The notes under the pieces are model-generated. The model made no database searches. It had not been told where the DNA came from and was given only the letters and a program-made list of their open reading frames with translations. DNA of 64,000 nt from a virus. Lineage: Duplodnaviria > Caudoviricetes. The stretch covers positions 4,820-68,819 of IMG/VR virus record IMGVR_UViG_3300010348_000820; one strand, written 5' to 3'. This document shows, one piece after another, positions 51,164 to 60,961 of this stretch. A program made the translations under genes and the position numbers. Position 1 is the first letter of the stretch; each line of letters begins with the position of its first letter.

Positions 51164-51269
51164 TTTAAAAGACTATAGATAATAGCCATTTATCTATAGT
51201 CTTTTGTTTTTATAACAAAAAACACATTATAATTAACAGCGAAAGGTTTATATAGGATAGAAAATAAAA

Positions 51270-51482
51270 ATGAAAAATAATATTTCTTTGCACATTAGTC
51301 CATTTATGAATGTCGGAATTTGGAGTTATTATAAACATCCAATTACGGGCGATATCTATAGAATGCCTACTGATAGTAGTACGGCATATGATCTAATAAC
51401 AGGCATGCCATTAATGGCGCGCTGGTTATGTAGCAGCGAATCTTTTAATGAGTATAAGAATCTTTTTATGTATTATTTATAA
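51270..51482 (+). CDS. Hypothetical early protein
   Basis: 70 aa ORF. Confidence 0.45.
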   Translation: MKNNISLHISPFMNVGIWSYYKHPITGDIYRMPTDSSTAYDLITGMPLMARWLCSSESFNEYKNLFMYYL

Positions 51483-51548
51483 CAAGTTTAAAACATTACT
51501 TGACAATAATATAAATGTGATATAATTATAACAGAAAGATAATAAACG

Positions 51549-51992
51549 ATGAAAGCAATTTCTGGAAACTTACGAATTGATCAAAGTTATACCATGTCTG
51601 GACAAGAGTATAACGGAAAGTATAACGATGATGTGTGTGGTGAAACATGTGAAAATTGTGGAAAGTATATAACTAATATCGCAATTGTAAAGGGCTCGGA
51701 TGATAATAAATTTTATAGAATTGGTTTAGATTGTGCTAGTACTTTAACAGGTATTGAGCCTGATAAAATTGCTCAGGCCAAAAAGATTTTAAAACAAAAA
51801 GCAAAATTATACAAGGAACTTAATACAATTATTAAAACAGCAATTGTAAGCAATGAATATAATACAGCGTGGTTATATGATTATGATTTAGACAAATGGA
51901 GTACCGGCTTTCGTTGGCGTATAAATTACGAAGCATTTAAAGATATTATAAATAACGGTAAAATAAATATAATTATAGAAAAGAAGGTATAA
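51549..51992 (+). CDS. Zinc-binding hypothetical protein
   Basis: 147 aa; CENCGK...IGLDCA motif. Confidence 0.55.
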   Translation: MKAISGNLRIDQSYTMSGQEYNGKYNDDVCGETCENCGKYITNIAIVKGSDDNKFYRIGLDCASTLTGIEPDKIAQAKKILKQKAKLYKELNTIIKTAIVSNEYNTAWLYDYDLDKWSTGFRWRINYEAFKDIINNGKINIIIEKKV

Positions 51993-52230
51993 CATGAATA
52001 AAACAGAAGCATATAAACAGGCAATTAAAGCCTTATCGTTGAGAAAAGATGTTTTATCCAAAACAATTTTAGATTATATATCTATAACAGATTTTGATTC
52101 ATGGAATGACGACCATAATTTTACAAATGAAAATAATTATAAATTCTGCCATTAAAACGGGCAAAAACGGTGAAAAACAATTATTACAGGCAGATACTTA
52201 TTAACTGAAGGGATTTAAAAAGGTTTATAT

Positions 52231-52485
52231 ATGATAGAAAATAAAAATGAAAAATATTATGTAGTTATGACAGATAATTCAGATAAAATAAACACTGAAA
52301 ATAAGATTAAAAAAATTGTTTACGAATGTGACACAATGGCTGAAGCATTAAAAGTTAAAACTCATTTTTTGTATGATAGCACAAAATCAAATATTAATAT
52401 TAGAACTGGTAAACAGTTATTCAACTATACAATTTATGATGTAGAATTTATTACTCATCAAACGCATGGAAGTTTATATAAATAA
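52231..52485 (+). CDS. Hypothetical early protein
   Basis: 84 aa; YYVVMTD...YEC.T..EA..V pattern. Confidence 0.5.
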   Translation: MIENKNEKYYVVMTDNSDKINTENKIKKIVYECDTMAEALKVKTHFLYDSTKSNINIRTGKQLFNYTIYDVEFITHQTHGSLYK

Positions 52486-52506
52486 TCATTAACAGGAGTA
52501 TATATC

Positions 52507-52677
52507 ATGATAAAAGTAAATAAAATTTTAAAATCATATTTGATCAAATTGATCAATCCATCTGAAAACAAATTATCGATGCAATATACAGAACTTGCAA
52601 TTAAAATTCTTGAGCGCGGATATATAACAGATTATGAATTACATATGCTCAAAAATTATGGATATAAAGAAATGTAA
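52507..52677 (+). CDS. Small hypothetical protein (paralogue B)
   Basis: Hand translation, 56 aa MIKVNKILKSYLIKL...LAIKILERGYITDYELHML; RBS AGGAG. Confidence 0.55.
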   Translation: MIKVNKILKSYLIKLINPSENKLSMQYTELAIKILERGYITDYELHMLKNYGYKEM

Positions 52678-53200
52678 CGGATCAATAATAAACTATTGAC
52701 ATTTATAAATAAAGTAGTATACTTATATTATAAAATAAATTGGAGATAATAATATGAAAATTTATATAGCTTGCAATGGTAAAATAATTAAAGATTTTGG
52801 TAAAGAATTGGATATAGATAAGATATGGAATTATTATACTGAATGTCAAGTGTATAACGAGAATGCTTTATTATACTGTAATGGAAAATTGTTTACAAAA
52901 CAAATAATATCTATTTTATAAAGTTTAATAAAACATACGAATTATTATAAAATGATAGGATTGTTTTTGCTGGAAAGACAGATAAAGCACAAATTCCAGT
53001 TAATTTATATAATCGGTTAGAAATTTTATTCTATGCTGATGATAGGATTACAATATGGCTATAGAATTATTACAAAAGTTAAACATAAAGATTTTTTATA
53101 AATGTAATAAGTTTAAAATTGGTACTTGACAATATACCAACAAGGATTATACTTAAATTATAAATAAAATAAATTTATAAAAAAGAAAAGGATAAACAAA

Positions 53201-54229
53201 ATGGCACATAATTTATTTGGTGAAAGATTTTATGGAAATCGTCAACCCGCATGGCATGGCTTGGGAATTGTCTCGCAACAAGACGAATCAGCAATTGACG
53301 TTTTGGAGCAATTGGGAGATTACACAATTGAGAAAAGACCAGTTTTTGTAACATTAAATGGTCAAAATCAGGAAACAGGGGATTTTGCACTGATTCGCAG
53401 CGCAACAAAGGAAGATCAAAAAGAAGTTAATTTTGGATATTGCACTAAGCAGTACGCAGTTATGCAACCAAAAGAAATTGCAGAAATTTTCGATGATTCT
53501 GTAAAGCAACCAGTAGAAACAATGGGTATGTTAGGATCTGGGGAGAAGTTATTCTTAACATGGAAACTACCTGATATTGACGTAAAATCGGATGACAAGG
53601 TTCAAACTTACGGGTTCGTTGCCAGTGGATACGATGGAAAGTTTGGATCAAGTTTATCCGTTGTTACTACTCGTGTAGTTTGTCAGAACACTTTTAATAT
53701 CGCAATTAATGAGGGTGAAAACCAAAAATATAATGACACTGGAAAAGGGAAAGTTTGGTCAGGTCGCCATAATTCCAGTAATATGAAGCGTGATTTATCT
53801 ATTTGGATGGAACACGTGCAAGAAAAGGCGCTGAGAAAATCTGAAGAGATTAAAGAATCTCTCGAAGCGATGGCAATGTATCCGATTGGAAGCACAACTC
53901 AACTTGCAGAAATTCTTTTCAGTGTATATAATGATCCTCAACCATTACCAGCTGACTATCCTTCAAAGTTACGTGATGAAAAACAAGAAAAAATTGATAT
54001 GCTTGCAGAAAAAGCACGTAACGACAGATACCTTGTTGAAGAACTATTCAACGGAGCCGGTACTCAAATTGATAATACGATGTGGGGATTGTTTAATTCT
54101 ATAACAGAATACGAGAATTGGGGCAGAATGACTAAGAAACCGGCTGAGTATTCTATTGTAATGGGCAATCGTGCAAATACGATGGCTAAAGCGTATAATG
54201 TTATTACAAGTTATATTCAGAAACAATAA
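53201..54229 (+). CDS. DUF932-family phage/plasmid protein
   Basis: PAWHGLG, VETMGMLGSGEK, GYDGKFG, RVVCQNT, H..N motifs characteristic of DUF932. Confidence 0.85.
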   Translation: MAHNLFGERFYGNRQPAWHGLGIVSQQDESAIDVLEQLGDYTIEKRPVFVTLNGQNQETGDFALIRSATKEDQKEVNFGYCTKQYAVMQPKEIAEIFDDSVKQPVETMGMLGSGEKLFLTWKLPDIDVKSDDKVQTYGFVASGYDGKFGSSLSVVTTRVVCQNTFNIAINEGENQKYNDTGKGKVWSGRHNSSNMKRDLSIWMEHVQEKALRKSEEIKESLEAMAMYPIGSTTQLAEILFSVYNDPQPLPADYPSKLRDEKQEKIDMLAEKARNDRYLVEELFNGAGTQIDNTMWGLFNSITEYENWGRMTKKPAEYSIVMGNRANTMAKAYNVITSYIQKQ

Positions 54230-54516
54230 ATTGAAATATATGAAGATTGGTACACTTAGAAATAAGTGTACCAATATAAATTATAAAAAATTATAAAATA
54301 AAGGAAAATAAAATGAAAGTATTGGTAATGGGCAATTTAAATGACTTCCCTGAAAAAATGGATAAATTTAATTCAAATGAAAATTTAACAGATTAGGATA
54401 TGATTGTTTTTATAGTATGTTTTTTTGCTATGATAATTGCTATATTTGAGAGCTTGACAAATAAAAAATAGTATGTTATACTTGTATTAAATAAAAAAAA
54501 AGAAAAGGAAAACAAA

Positions 54517-55611
54517 ATGATTACATTAAGCAAAAAAGAATTAGTATCAGCATTATCGAAATGTAGTAAAGTTTTACCAAAAAGACCTTCTTTGGGATTT
54601 CTTAAAGGAATTAATGTGGTATGTAAAGATGGCGTATGCAAGTTTGTTGCAACGGATTTAGAAAACGAGATTACTATAAAATTAAACAGAGCCACATTTG
54701 ATAATGATATTAGTTTTGTTCTTATGGATATTGCATCATTGTCTAAAGCAATCAAGTTGTTCGGAGAAGTGATCACATTCGAGCAAGTTGATAATAGCAT
54801 TGTTGTAAGTTCTGGTTCAAAATCAATTAAGGTAAAATGCCTCGATAGTAAAGACTATCCTGACTATAATTTACTTGGAGAGTTTAAAGTAAATTCGCAA
54901 TTCAAAGTAAATGGCAAAGAATTATGCGAGCTTTGTAATAAAGTTGCTTATGCTGTAAGTAAAGAATTGGAAAGACCTGTTTTAACTACTGTATGCTTTA
55001 GAAAAAATTATGTTACTGCGACAAACGGATTTATAATTTCTAAAGTTGATAATAATTTTTTTGAATGCGAAAAAGATTTATTATTTTCTGATAGAGCTGT
55101 AAAACTTTTTGAATTAATTGGTAATGGAGATTTGTATATTGGAGTTTATAACTCGTCAGATTTAAAATATTGTTTAGAGGATGAAAATATATCGCTGAAA
55201 GGTATACTTCTTTCAGGAAACTTTCCTGATGTTGAATGTGTAATCCCTAAAAATATTTATAATTTTACAAAGTATACAATTAACAGAGGAGAATTTATTG
55301 ATGCTTTAGATTCTATGATTAAAATTAAAGCCCATTGCGTGAAATTATCTGGTAATAAAATTATTGCTCAGAAATTGGAACGTGAAAATGATATGGAATT
55401 ACCTGATTATGAAATTGAAATTGCTAATTTAAATGTGGAACAGGCATTTGCATTCAACCCGAAATTTGTATATGATGCTCTAAAAAATCAATTTACTTCT
55501 GATGAAGTTTTGTTTGAAGTAAATAAACCTAACCAAGCATTTGTGATTACAGAAATTGGTGATTCGGAGAAAGACGGCTTATTTGTTTGTATGCCTATAC
55601 ACTTAGGATAA
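54517..55611 (+). CDS. dnaN: DNA polymerase III beta-type sliding clamp
   Basis: 364 aa; LKGINV, ATDLE, RPVLTTV, VTATNG, GNFPDV, FNPKFV, C-terminal CMPI pattern. Confidence 0.85.
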   Translation: MITLSKKELVSALSKCSKVLPKRPSLGFLKGINVVCKDGVCKFVATDLENEITIKLNRATFDNDISFVLMDIASLSKAIKLFGEVITFEQVDNSIVVSSGSKSIKVKCLDSKDYPDYNLLGEFKVNSQFKVNGKELCELCNKVAYAVSKELERPVLTTVCFRKNYVTATNGFIISKVDNNFFECEKDLLFSDRAVKLFELIGNGDLYIGVYNSSDLKYCLEDENISLKGILLSGNFPDVECVIPKNIYNFTKYTINRGEFIDALDSMIKIKAHCVKLSGNKIIAQKLERENDMELPDYEIEIANLNVEQAFAFNPKFVYDALKNQFTSDEVLFEVNKPNQAFVITEIGDSEKDGLFVCMPIHLG

Positions 55612-55681
55612 AATTTTTATAATCGTACTGGTATAATAAATATAAAAAGTTTATTATACCAGTATAGCAGAAAAGAGTAGC

Positions 55682-55882
55682 ATGATAACAGAATTAGACA
55701 TAAGAGATATAAATTTACAAAAAATAGAACTGATAGATAAACTATTATCATCTATGAATGAAGACTTAGAATTAATTCGTAGTGACAATATGAAACCAGA
55801 ATTGCATTTGTGTTATCTTAGTTGTAAACTTAAAATTTTGCAGATGCAAGATATTATAAGCAGTAATAACTTGAAATGGTAA
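55682..55882 (+). CDS. Hypothetical protein
   Basis: 66 aa ORF. Confidence 0.45.
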   Translation: MITELDIRDINLQKIELIDKLLSSMNEDLELIRSDNMKPELHLCYLSCKLKILQMQDIISSNNLKW

Positions 55883-56070
55883 AATAAAAATGAGAATATT
55901 TATTGGTGTTATATTGTCGCTTATCGCTGGTGGGTTACCAATTATTTTAGGAGATTGGAATTTCTGGGATAGCTGGCAATGGTGGGTTATAGCAATTCCA
56001 ATATGGTTGCTTGCAGTGTGTGTTTTACGATGTGAGATAAAATAATAGTTTTATTTATAAGGAGATTAAA

Positions 56071-56529
56071 ATGGGATTAGATATGTATTTGAATAACAAA
56101 AAATATATTGGTGCAAATTATGATCACAACCACATTACTGGAAATATCGAATTATATCGCGATGGCAAAAAAATTGACATTAATTTTAATAAAGTTGTGA
56201 GCGTTGTTGAGCGCGTTGCACAATGGAGAAAAGCAAACGCAATTCATAATTGGTTTGTAACGAATGTGCAAGAAGGAGTAGATGATTGTAAAGAATATTA
56301 TGTATCATTAGAACAACTTGAAACACTGCTGAATGATGTAGATCAAGTACTTGAAAATCATGATCTTGCAGAAAGTATTTTACCTACAGAATCTGGTTTT
56401 TTCTTTGGCAATACTGAGTACGATGAATATTATTTTGACAATTTAAAATATACCAAAGAAATTTTAGATGAGATAATTCAAAATAAAAATTTATATCAAG
56501 ATGATTTGTATTATTCTTCAAGCTGGTAA
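56071..56529 (+). CDS. Conserved phage hypothetical protein
   Basis: MGLDMYL, WRKANAIHNWF, LPTESGFFFG..EYDEYY, YYSSSW motifs. Confidence 0.7.
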   Translation: MGLDMYLNNKKYIGANYDHNHITGNIELYRDGKKIDINFNKVVSVVERVAQWRKANAIHNWFVTNVQEGVDDCKEYYVSLEQLETLLNDVDQVLENHDLAESILPTESGFFFGNTEYDEYYFDNLKYTKEILDEIIQNKNLYQDDLYYSSSW

Positions 56530-56693
56530 TTATTTTTTGTTAGTACTATATAATCTTTAAAATAAATAAATGTATATTCTTAAAAAAAGATTTGCTGAAC
56601 AGTGATTTATGTATGTATACAAAATCAGATTGCTTAATGGATCAATGTAAAGAATGCGGTATAAATGAATAAAGATAAAACAGGAGTTTTATA

Positions 56694-56873
56694 ATGACAA
56701 TTAAATATGCAGTTATAATTAACAGAGAATTAGAAATAGCCGACATCGTGTCTTTTGAATGGGATAATGATGCTGACGATCCTTTGTATGCTTACGGGGA
56801 TGCGTGGTCATGGGTTGAAACATTTGATACGTATGAAGAAGCTGAAGAATATGCGGAAAATTTTAGATTTTAG
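56694..56873 (+). CDS. Highly acidic small protein (59 aa)
   Basis: Not in ORF track; hand translation gives 16 D/E versus 3 K/R; RBS AGGAG. Confidence 0.5.
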   Translation: MTIKYAVIINRELEIADIVSFEWDNDADDPLYAYGDAWSWVETFDTYEEAEEYAENFRF

Positions 56874-56909
56874 AAATAAAGATAAATAAAATTATAAAAG
56901 GAAACTAAT

Positions 56910-57608
56910 ATGCAGTATTTTGGCGGTAAGAAAAGAATAGCAAAACAGATAGTGAAATTTATATCTCCTTATTTAAAAAACAAAGATTATTATTTAGAAC
57001 CTTTTGTAGGTAGTTGCGCTGTTATTGAAAATATTGAAGGTATAAAAAGATATGGAAGTGATTATAATGAATATTTAATTGAACTATATAAAGCATTGCA
57101 AAATGGTTGGATACCTCCAGAAAATTTATCTGAAGACGAATATCAATATATAAAAAATAACAAGGATGATAATAAAGCTCTGACAGCTTTTGCTGGTATT
57201 GGGTGTAGTTATGCTGGGAAATGGTTTGCTGGTTATGCGAGAAATAAAGATAAAATGAATTATGCTTTAGCTGCTTATAATACTTTATTAAAGCAATTAC
57301 CTAAGATTCAAGGTGTTGATTTTTCTACAATAGATTATAAATTATTAAACCCTACCAATGCTCTGATATATTGCGATCCACCATATGCCAATACAAAAAC
57401 TTATGAAATATTTAAAAATTTTGATCATGAAGAATTTTGGAATGTTATGAGAGAATGGTCTAAGAATAACACTGTTTTTATTTCAGAATATATTGCGCCA
57501 GAAGATTTTACTTGTGCTTTAGAAATTACAACCAGAACAGTTATTAGAGATAAAAACAACGAAATGATTCCAAGAATTGAAAAATTGTTTACGAAAAATA
57601 ATATTTAG
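56910..57608 (+). CDS. dam: Dam-like (D12 class) N6-adenine DNA methyltransferase
   Basis: YFGGK, LEPFVGS, IYCDPPY motifs; specificity not determinable from sequence. Confidence 0.85.
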   Translation: MQYFGGKKRIAKQIVKFISPYLKNKDYYLEPFVGSCAVIENIEGIKRYGSDYNEYLIELYKALQNGWIPPENLSEDEYQYIKNNKDDNKALTAFAGIGCSYAGKWFAGYARNKDKMNYALAAYNTLLKQLPKIQGVDFSTIDYKLLNPTNALIYCDPPYANTKTYEIFKNFDHEEFWNVMREWSKNNTVFISEYIAPEDFTCALEITTRTVIRDKNNEMIPRIEKLFTKNNI

Positions 57609-57754
57609 TGTTAAATTTTACAAATAAAATTATGCTTTTATAAAGACGGAGGATATATAACAAATTAATAACATTTCATTATGTTTTATTAAATCAACAA
57701 AAACTCTTTAAAAATATAAAGAGTTTTATTTTATAAAATTTTATAAGGAGATTT

Positions 57755-59068
57755 ATGAATTACGCTGTAGAAAAACAAGGCTTTATGCCAAACGAGAGAC
57801 CGAAGATTTTGAAATTGCTTTTGTTCTCATTGCAAATTTTAATTTCTATTTTGCCCGCCACGATTATAGTTCCGTTGATTTTAGGGTTTCCTATTTCAAC
57901 GACAATTTTTACAAGTGGCATTGGTACTTTGTGCTTTATTGCTGTGACAAAAGGTAAAGTACCGTTGTATTTCGGAAGCTCATTTTCATTTTTAGGTGCG
58001 GTAGGATCGTTAATGGCTTCTTCTCAACTTGCAGAAATGACACAAACAGATAAGATTGCAATTGTTACATTTGGTATTGTTGTATCAGGATTGTTGAATA
58101 TTCTTGCAGGTTTGTTTGTTAAAAAAATAGGCGTACAATCCTTAACAAAAGTGATTACACCGTGCTTAATGGGCACAATTGCTATGTCTATTGGCGCAAC
58201 CTTGACAGCAAACGCAATCGGTGATAGTATTGGATCTGGTAGTAATTACGGAACAGCAGTAGCATTATTGACACTTCTTTCTATTCTATTGTTCTCAGTA
58301 TATCTTAAAGGATTCTTGCAACAAATTTCTTTATTGCTGGGTATCCTTGTAGGTATAACAGCGAGCTATTTTATTATGAAGGTAACAGGAGTAAACTTAT
58401 TTAGGGATGTAGTCTTAAATAATAATTCAGTTTTTAGTTTACCTCAAATTATTTTTCCGAAAGCAAACTGGATTGCTGTAATTGCTTTAGCCCCTGTGTT
58501 TTTAGCAACATTACCTGAGTCATGGAGCCACGCTTTACAGATTGATATTCTTATTGATAAACTTGCAGAAAGTAGAAAAGAAAAATCAAGTGGGATTAAA
58601 GAAAAGATTGGAGAAGTTCTTATTGGAGATGGAGTTGCGGATATTGTTTCCTCATCTCTGGGAGGTGTGGCATCAACATCCTATGGGGAATCTATTTCTC
58701 TGATGGCTATCACAAAAGTATATTCTATCTATGCTGTGATTGGTGCAAGTATTTTAGCAATTGCTATTTCATTCTTTACACCATTTATCAATGCTTTATA
58801 CGCAATTCCGTTGGTAGTAATTGGTGCCGCTGAAATTGTATGCTTTGGTGGTATTATTGCACAAGGAATAGCAATTATGAAAGATAAAGTAGATATTCTA
58901 AATCCAAAAGATTTATTAACAATTTCTACTGTATCGGTTATCGCAATTGGAGGTCAGTTTTATCAAGGTGGTATTATTACTTTGTTCGGGCTACAAATTC
59001 CTTGTATTGCTGGAGCTGCAATCTTTGGAATTATTCTGAATTTGTTGTTTAGCATCAAGAAACAGTAG
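57755..59068 (+). CDS. uraA: NCS2/NAT family nucleobase permease (UraA-like)
   Basis: 437 aa, many TM helices; GKVPLYFGSSFSF, E-x3-H in TM8 (ESWSH), TSYGESISLMAITKVYS NAT-signature variant. Confidence 0.85.
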   Translation: MNYAVEKQGFMPNERPKILKLLLFSLQILISILPATIIVPLILGFPISTTIFTSGIGTLCFIAVTKGKVPLYFGSSFSFLGAVGSLMASSQLAEMTQTDKIAIVTFGIVVSGLLNILAGLFVKKIGVQSLTKVITPCLMGTIAMSIGATLTANAIGDSIGSGSNYGTAVALLTLLSILLFSVYLKGFLQQISLLLGILVGITASYFIMKVTGVNLFRDVVLNNNSVFSLPQIIFPKANWIAVIALAPVFLATLPESWSHALQIDILIDKLAESRKEKSSGIKEKIGEVLIGDGVADIVSSSLGGVASTSYGESISLMAITKVYSIYAVIGASILAIAISFFTPFINALYAIPLVVIGAAEIVCFGGIIAQGIAIMKDKVDILNPKDLLTISTVSVIAIGGQFYQGGIITLFGLQIPCIAGAAIFGIILNLLFSIKKQ

Positions 59069-59085
59069 CAGTCAAAACGAGATGG

Positions 59086-59109
59086 AGCACTATAACAAAA
59101 ATAGTGCTC
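59086..59109 (+). terminator. Hairpin after permease gene
   Basis: GAGCACTAT-AACAAAA-ATAGTGCTC inverted repeat. Confidence 0.45.
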
Positions 59110-59131
59110 TAATAAATTATAGGAAATAAAA

Positions 59132-59335
59132 ATGAAAAAAAATTATCAATCGACATTGCATCCGTTGCCTTCTGGTTATGCTGAAGTAATAAAAAGAAAA
59201 AAGAATTGTTTCTATGTAGTATTTGATGACGATCCGAAACATAAATTTTGTATATCGTACTCAGATACGCTAATAGAAGATGAAATATTTTCAAATAAAG
59301 ATCTAAAAGATTTAAGATTGAAGGAGAATGAATGA
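59132..59335 (+). CDS. Hypothetical protein
   Basis: 67 aa, overlaps next gene (ATGA coupling). Confidence 0.45.
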   Translation: MKKNYQSTLHPLPSGYAEVIKRKKNCFYVVFDDDPKHKFCISYSDTLIEDEIFSNKDLKDLRLKENE

Positions 59336-59586
59336 TAATTCAATGCCAAAATAAAAATAGATTTATTGTTAGAGAAAAAATTACGGATTATAATATTGAG
59401 TATTACGGAGATGAAGAAGAAGGAATAAAAAATAAGTATTATTTATATGCGACTAATAAAAACGCTAATGATTCATTTAAAACGGAAATTCGAATAGGGT
59501 CATTTGATACTTATGAATTGGCGGAAGCATATCTTCGAGATATTGCAGAGTCATCTGTAGGCTTTTTTAGTTGGACAGGAGAATAA
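59332..59586 (+). CDS. Hypothetical protein
   Basis: 84 aa, translationally coupled. Confidence 0.5.
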   Translation: MIIQCQNKNRFIVREKITDYNIEYYGDEEEGIKNKYYLYATNKNANDSFKTEIRIGSFDTYELAEAYLRDIAESSVGFFSWTGE

Positions 59587-59587
59587 A

Positions 59588-60244
59588 ATGGGAGAATATT
59601 TATATGAAGATTATTTTACAGAAGAATGTTACGAGTTTGTATCACAAAAACTTGAAGAAATTAAAGCGTTTGCTTTGTCTAATATCCGCAAAGAGCATAT
59701 TGACGAAATGGATAGGCTAATTGCTGAAAATAAAGAGCTTAGAGAATTTCGAGATAGGAAAGAAGAAATTGAAAGGGAGCATTATCTGTTAGTTGCAAAC
59801 TTTGAAGAAGAAACAAGAAACGCAAAAAGTTTAGCAAAAAAAGCAAGGCTAAAAGAGCTTTTTGGAGATAATTTTGTTGAAGCGTGGGGAACAGAAATTG
59901 AATATATTATAAAGCCTAAATGTAATAAATGTGATGAAAAAAGATTTATTAATTTTAAATCACCAAGTGGGAGGGAATATAGCGAACCGTGCGAATGTTC
60001 TAAAAAAATAAAAATTTATAAGCCTATACAATTGCAATTAATAAAAATTGAGTCAGGTTTATCTGATTCAAATTATTATTATGTGCATTATGAAGGCAAT
60101 TATACTAATGGTGAAAGAATGTATGCAGTAAATGCGTATAAAAGAGAACCGTTTGAAGAAGTGTTTAGCAATACATATTTCTTAGATAAGGAAACTTGCC
60201 AAGCATATTGTGATTGGGAAAACAATAGAAATAATGTTTTATGA
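59588..60244 (+). CDS. Hypothetical protein with zinc-binding motif
   Basis: 218 aa; KCNKC...PCEC. Confidence 0.55.
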   Translation: MGEYLYEDYFTEECYEFVSQKLEEIKAFALSNIRKEHIDEMDRLIAENKELREFRDRKEEIEREHYLLVANFEEETRNAKSLAKKARLKELFGDNFVEAWGTEIEYIIKPKCNKCDEKRFINFKSPSGREYSEPCECSKKIKIYKPIQLQLIKIESGLSDSNYYYVHYEGNYTNGERMYAVNAYKREPFEEVFSNTYFLDKETCQAYCDWENNRNNVL

Positions 60245-60294
60245 TGTTGAGCATATTATAAAAAAGATATTTTATAAATAAAAAGGAATAGAAA

Positions 60295-60552
60295 ATGGAA
60301 ACAGTATTTGATCATTTATCAGGGGAAGAAAGTTTTACGATTACGGCAGAAGAAAAGTGGTCGATTAATCTCATCACACGTTTAAAAGAAAAACATCCTG
60401 ACGATGTTAAAATTTTATTTACTAATGAAGACGGAAGTTTGCTCGCACAAGTTCCTTATAAATGGGTTAAAATTAGACCACCAAGAGTAATGTCTGATGA
60501 AGAAAGAAAAGCTCTTGCGGAAAGATTAAATAAGAGTCTGAAGCGTGAGTAA
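60295..60552 (+). CDS. Conserved phage hypothetical protein
   Basis: 85 aa; NEDGSL.A.VP.KWVKIRPPR..SDEER pattern. Confidence 0.6.
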   Translation: METVFDHLSGEESFTITAEEKWSINLITRLKEKHPDDVKILFTNEDGSLLAQVPYKWVKIRPPRVMSDEERKALAERLNKSLKRE

Positions 60553-60778
60553 ATAAGATAAATTATTTATAAATTTGTAAGATAATTTGGTTTATGATAA
60601 TTTATATATCTTTAAATTATCATTCAAATTTTATAATGAAGGCAAGAACACCCATGATTTTAGTCATGGAATGAATTACAAGTAAAATTAGTGCGTATGT
60701 TAAAAATAATTTTTAAAATATCCTAATAAAGACTTGAAATTATTGTGTGCATATGTTAAAATATATATGGGTGATAAA

Positions 60779-60951
60779 ATGTCAAATGTATATAAAGGAA
60801 GATTCCAGATATGATAAAAGCGTTAAAAGGAGTAAGTAGAAAAAAATTATGGGGTAGGTATCTATGGAATCCATCTTATTTTGTGGCTACTGTTTCTGAA
60901 AATACTGAACAGCAAATTAAAGAATATATTGAAAATCAAAAACAGAAATGA
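60779..60951 (+). pseudogene. tnpA: tnpA (Y1 transposase) remnant
   Basis: MSNVYKGR start then, in another frame, [31 protein letters not shown]...IKEYIENQ; HUH-containing middle is deleted. Confidence 0.85.
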
Positions 60952-60961
60952 GGCGAATAAA

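Noticed and set aside
42593-56000. CRISPR array or integron-like cassette array
   Set aside because: Repeats are not identical or regularly spaced, the spacers are whole genes, and no cas or integron-type att site pattern is visible.
59138-59150. 13-nt match (AAAAATTATCAAT) to the predicted TnpB guide
   Set aside because: Low-complexity A/T sequence; a match of this length is plausible by chance in 128 kb of both strands, and the TAM is undetermined.
60881-60961. N-terminal 27 aa extension of TnpB in the ORF track
   Set aside because: Overlaps the tnpA remnant; GTG at 60962 with RBS matches the usual TnpB start ([10 protein letters not shown]).
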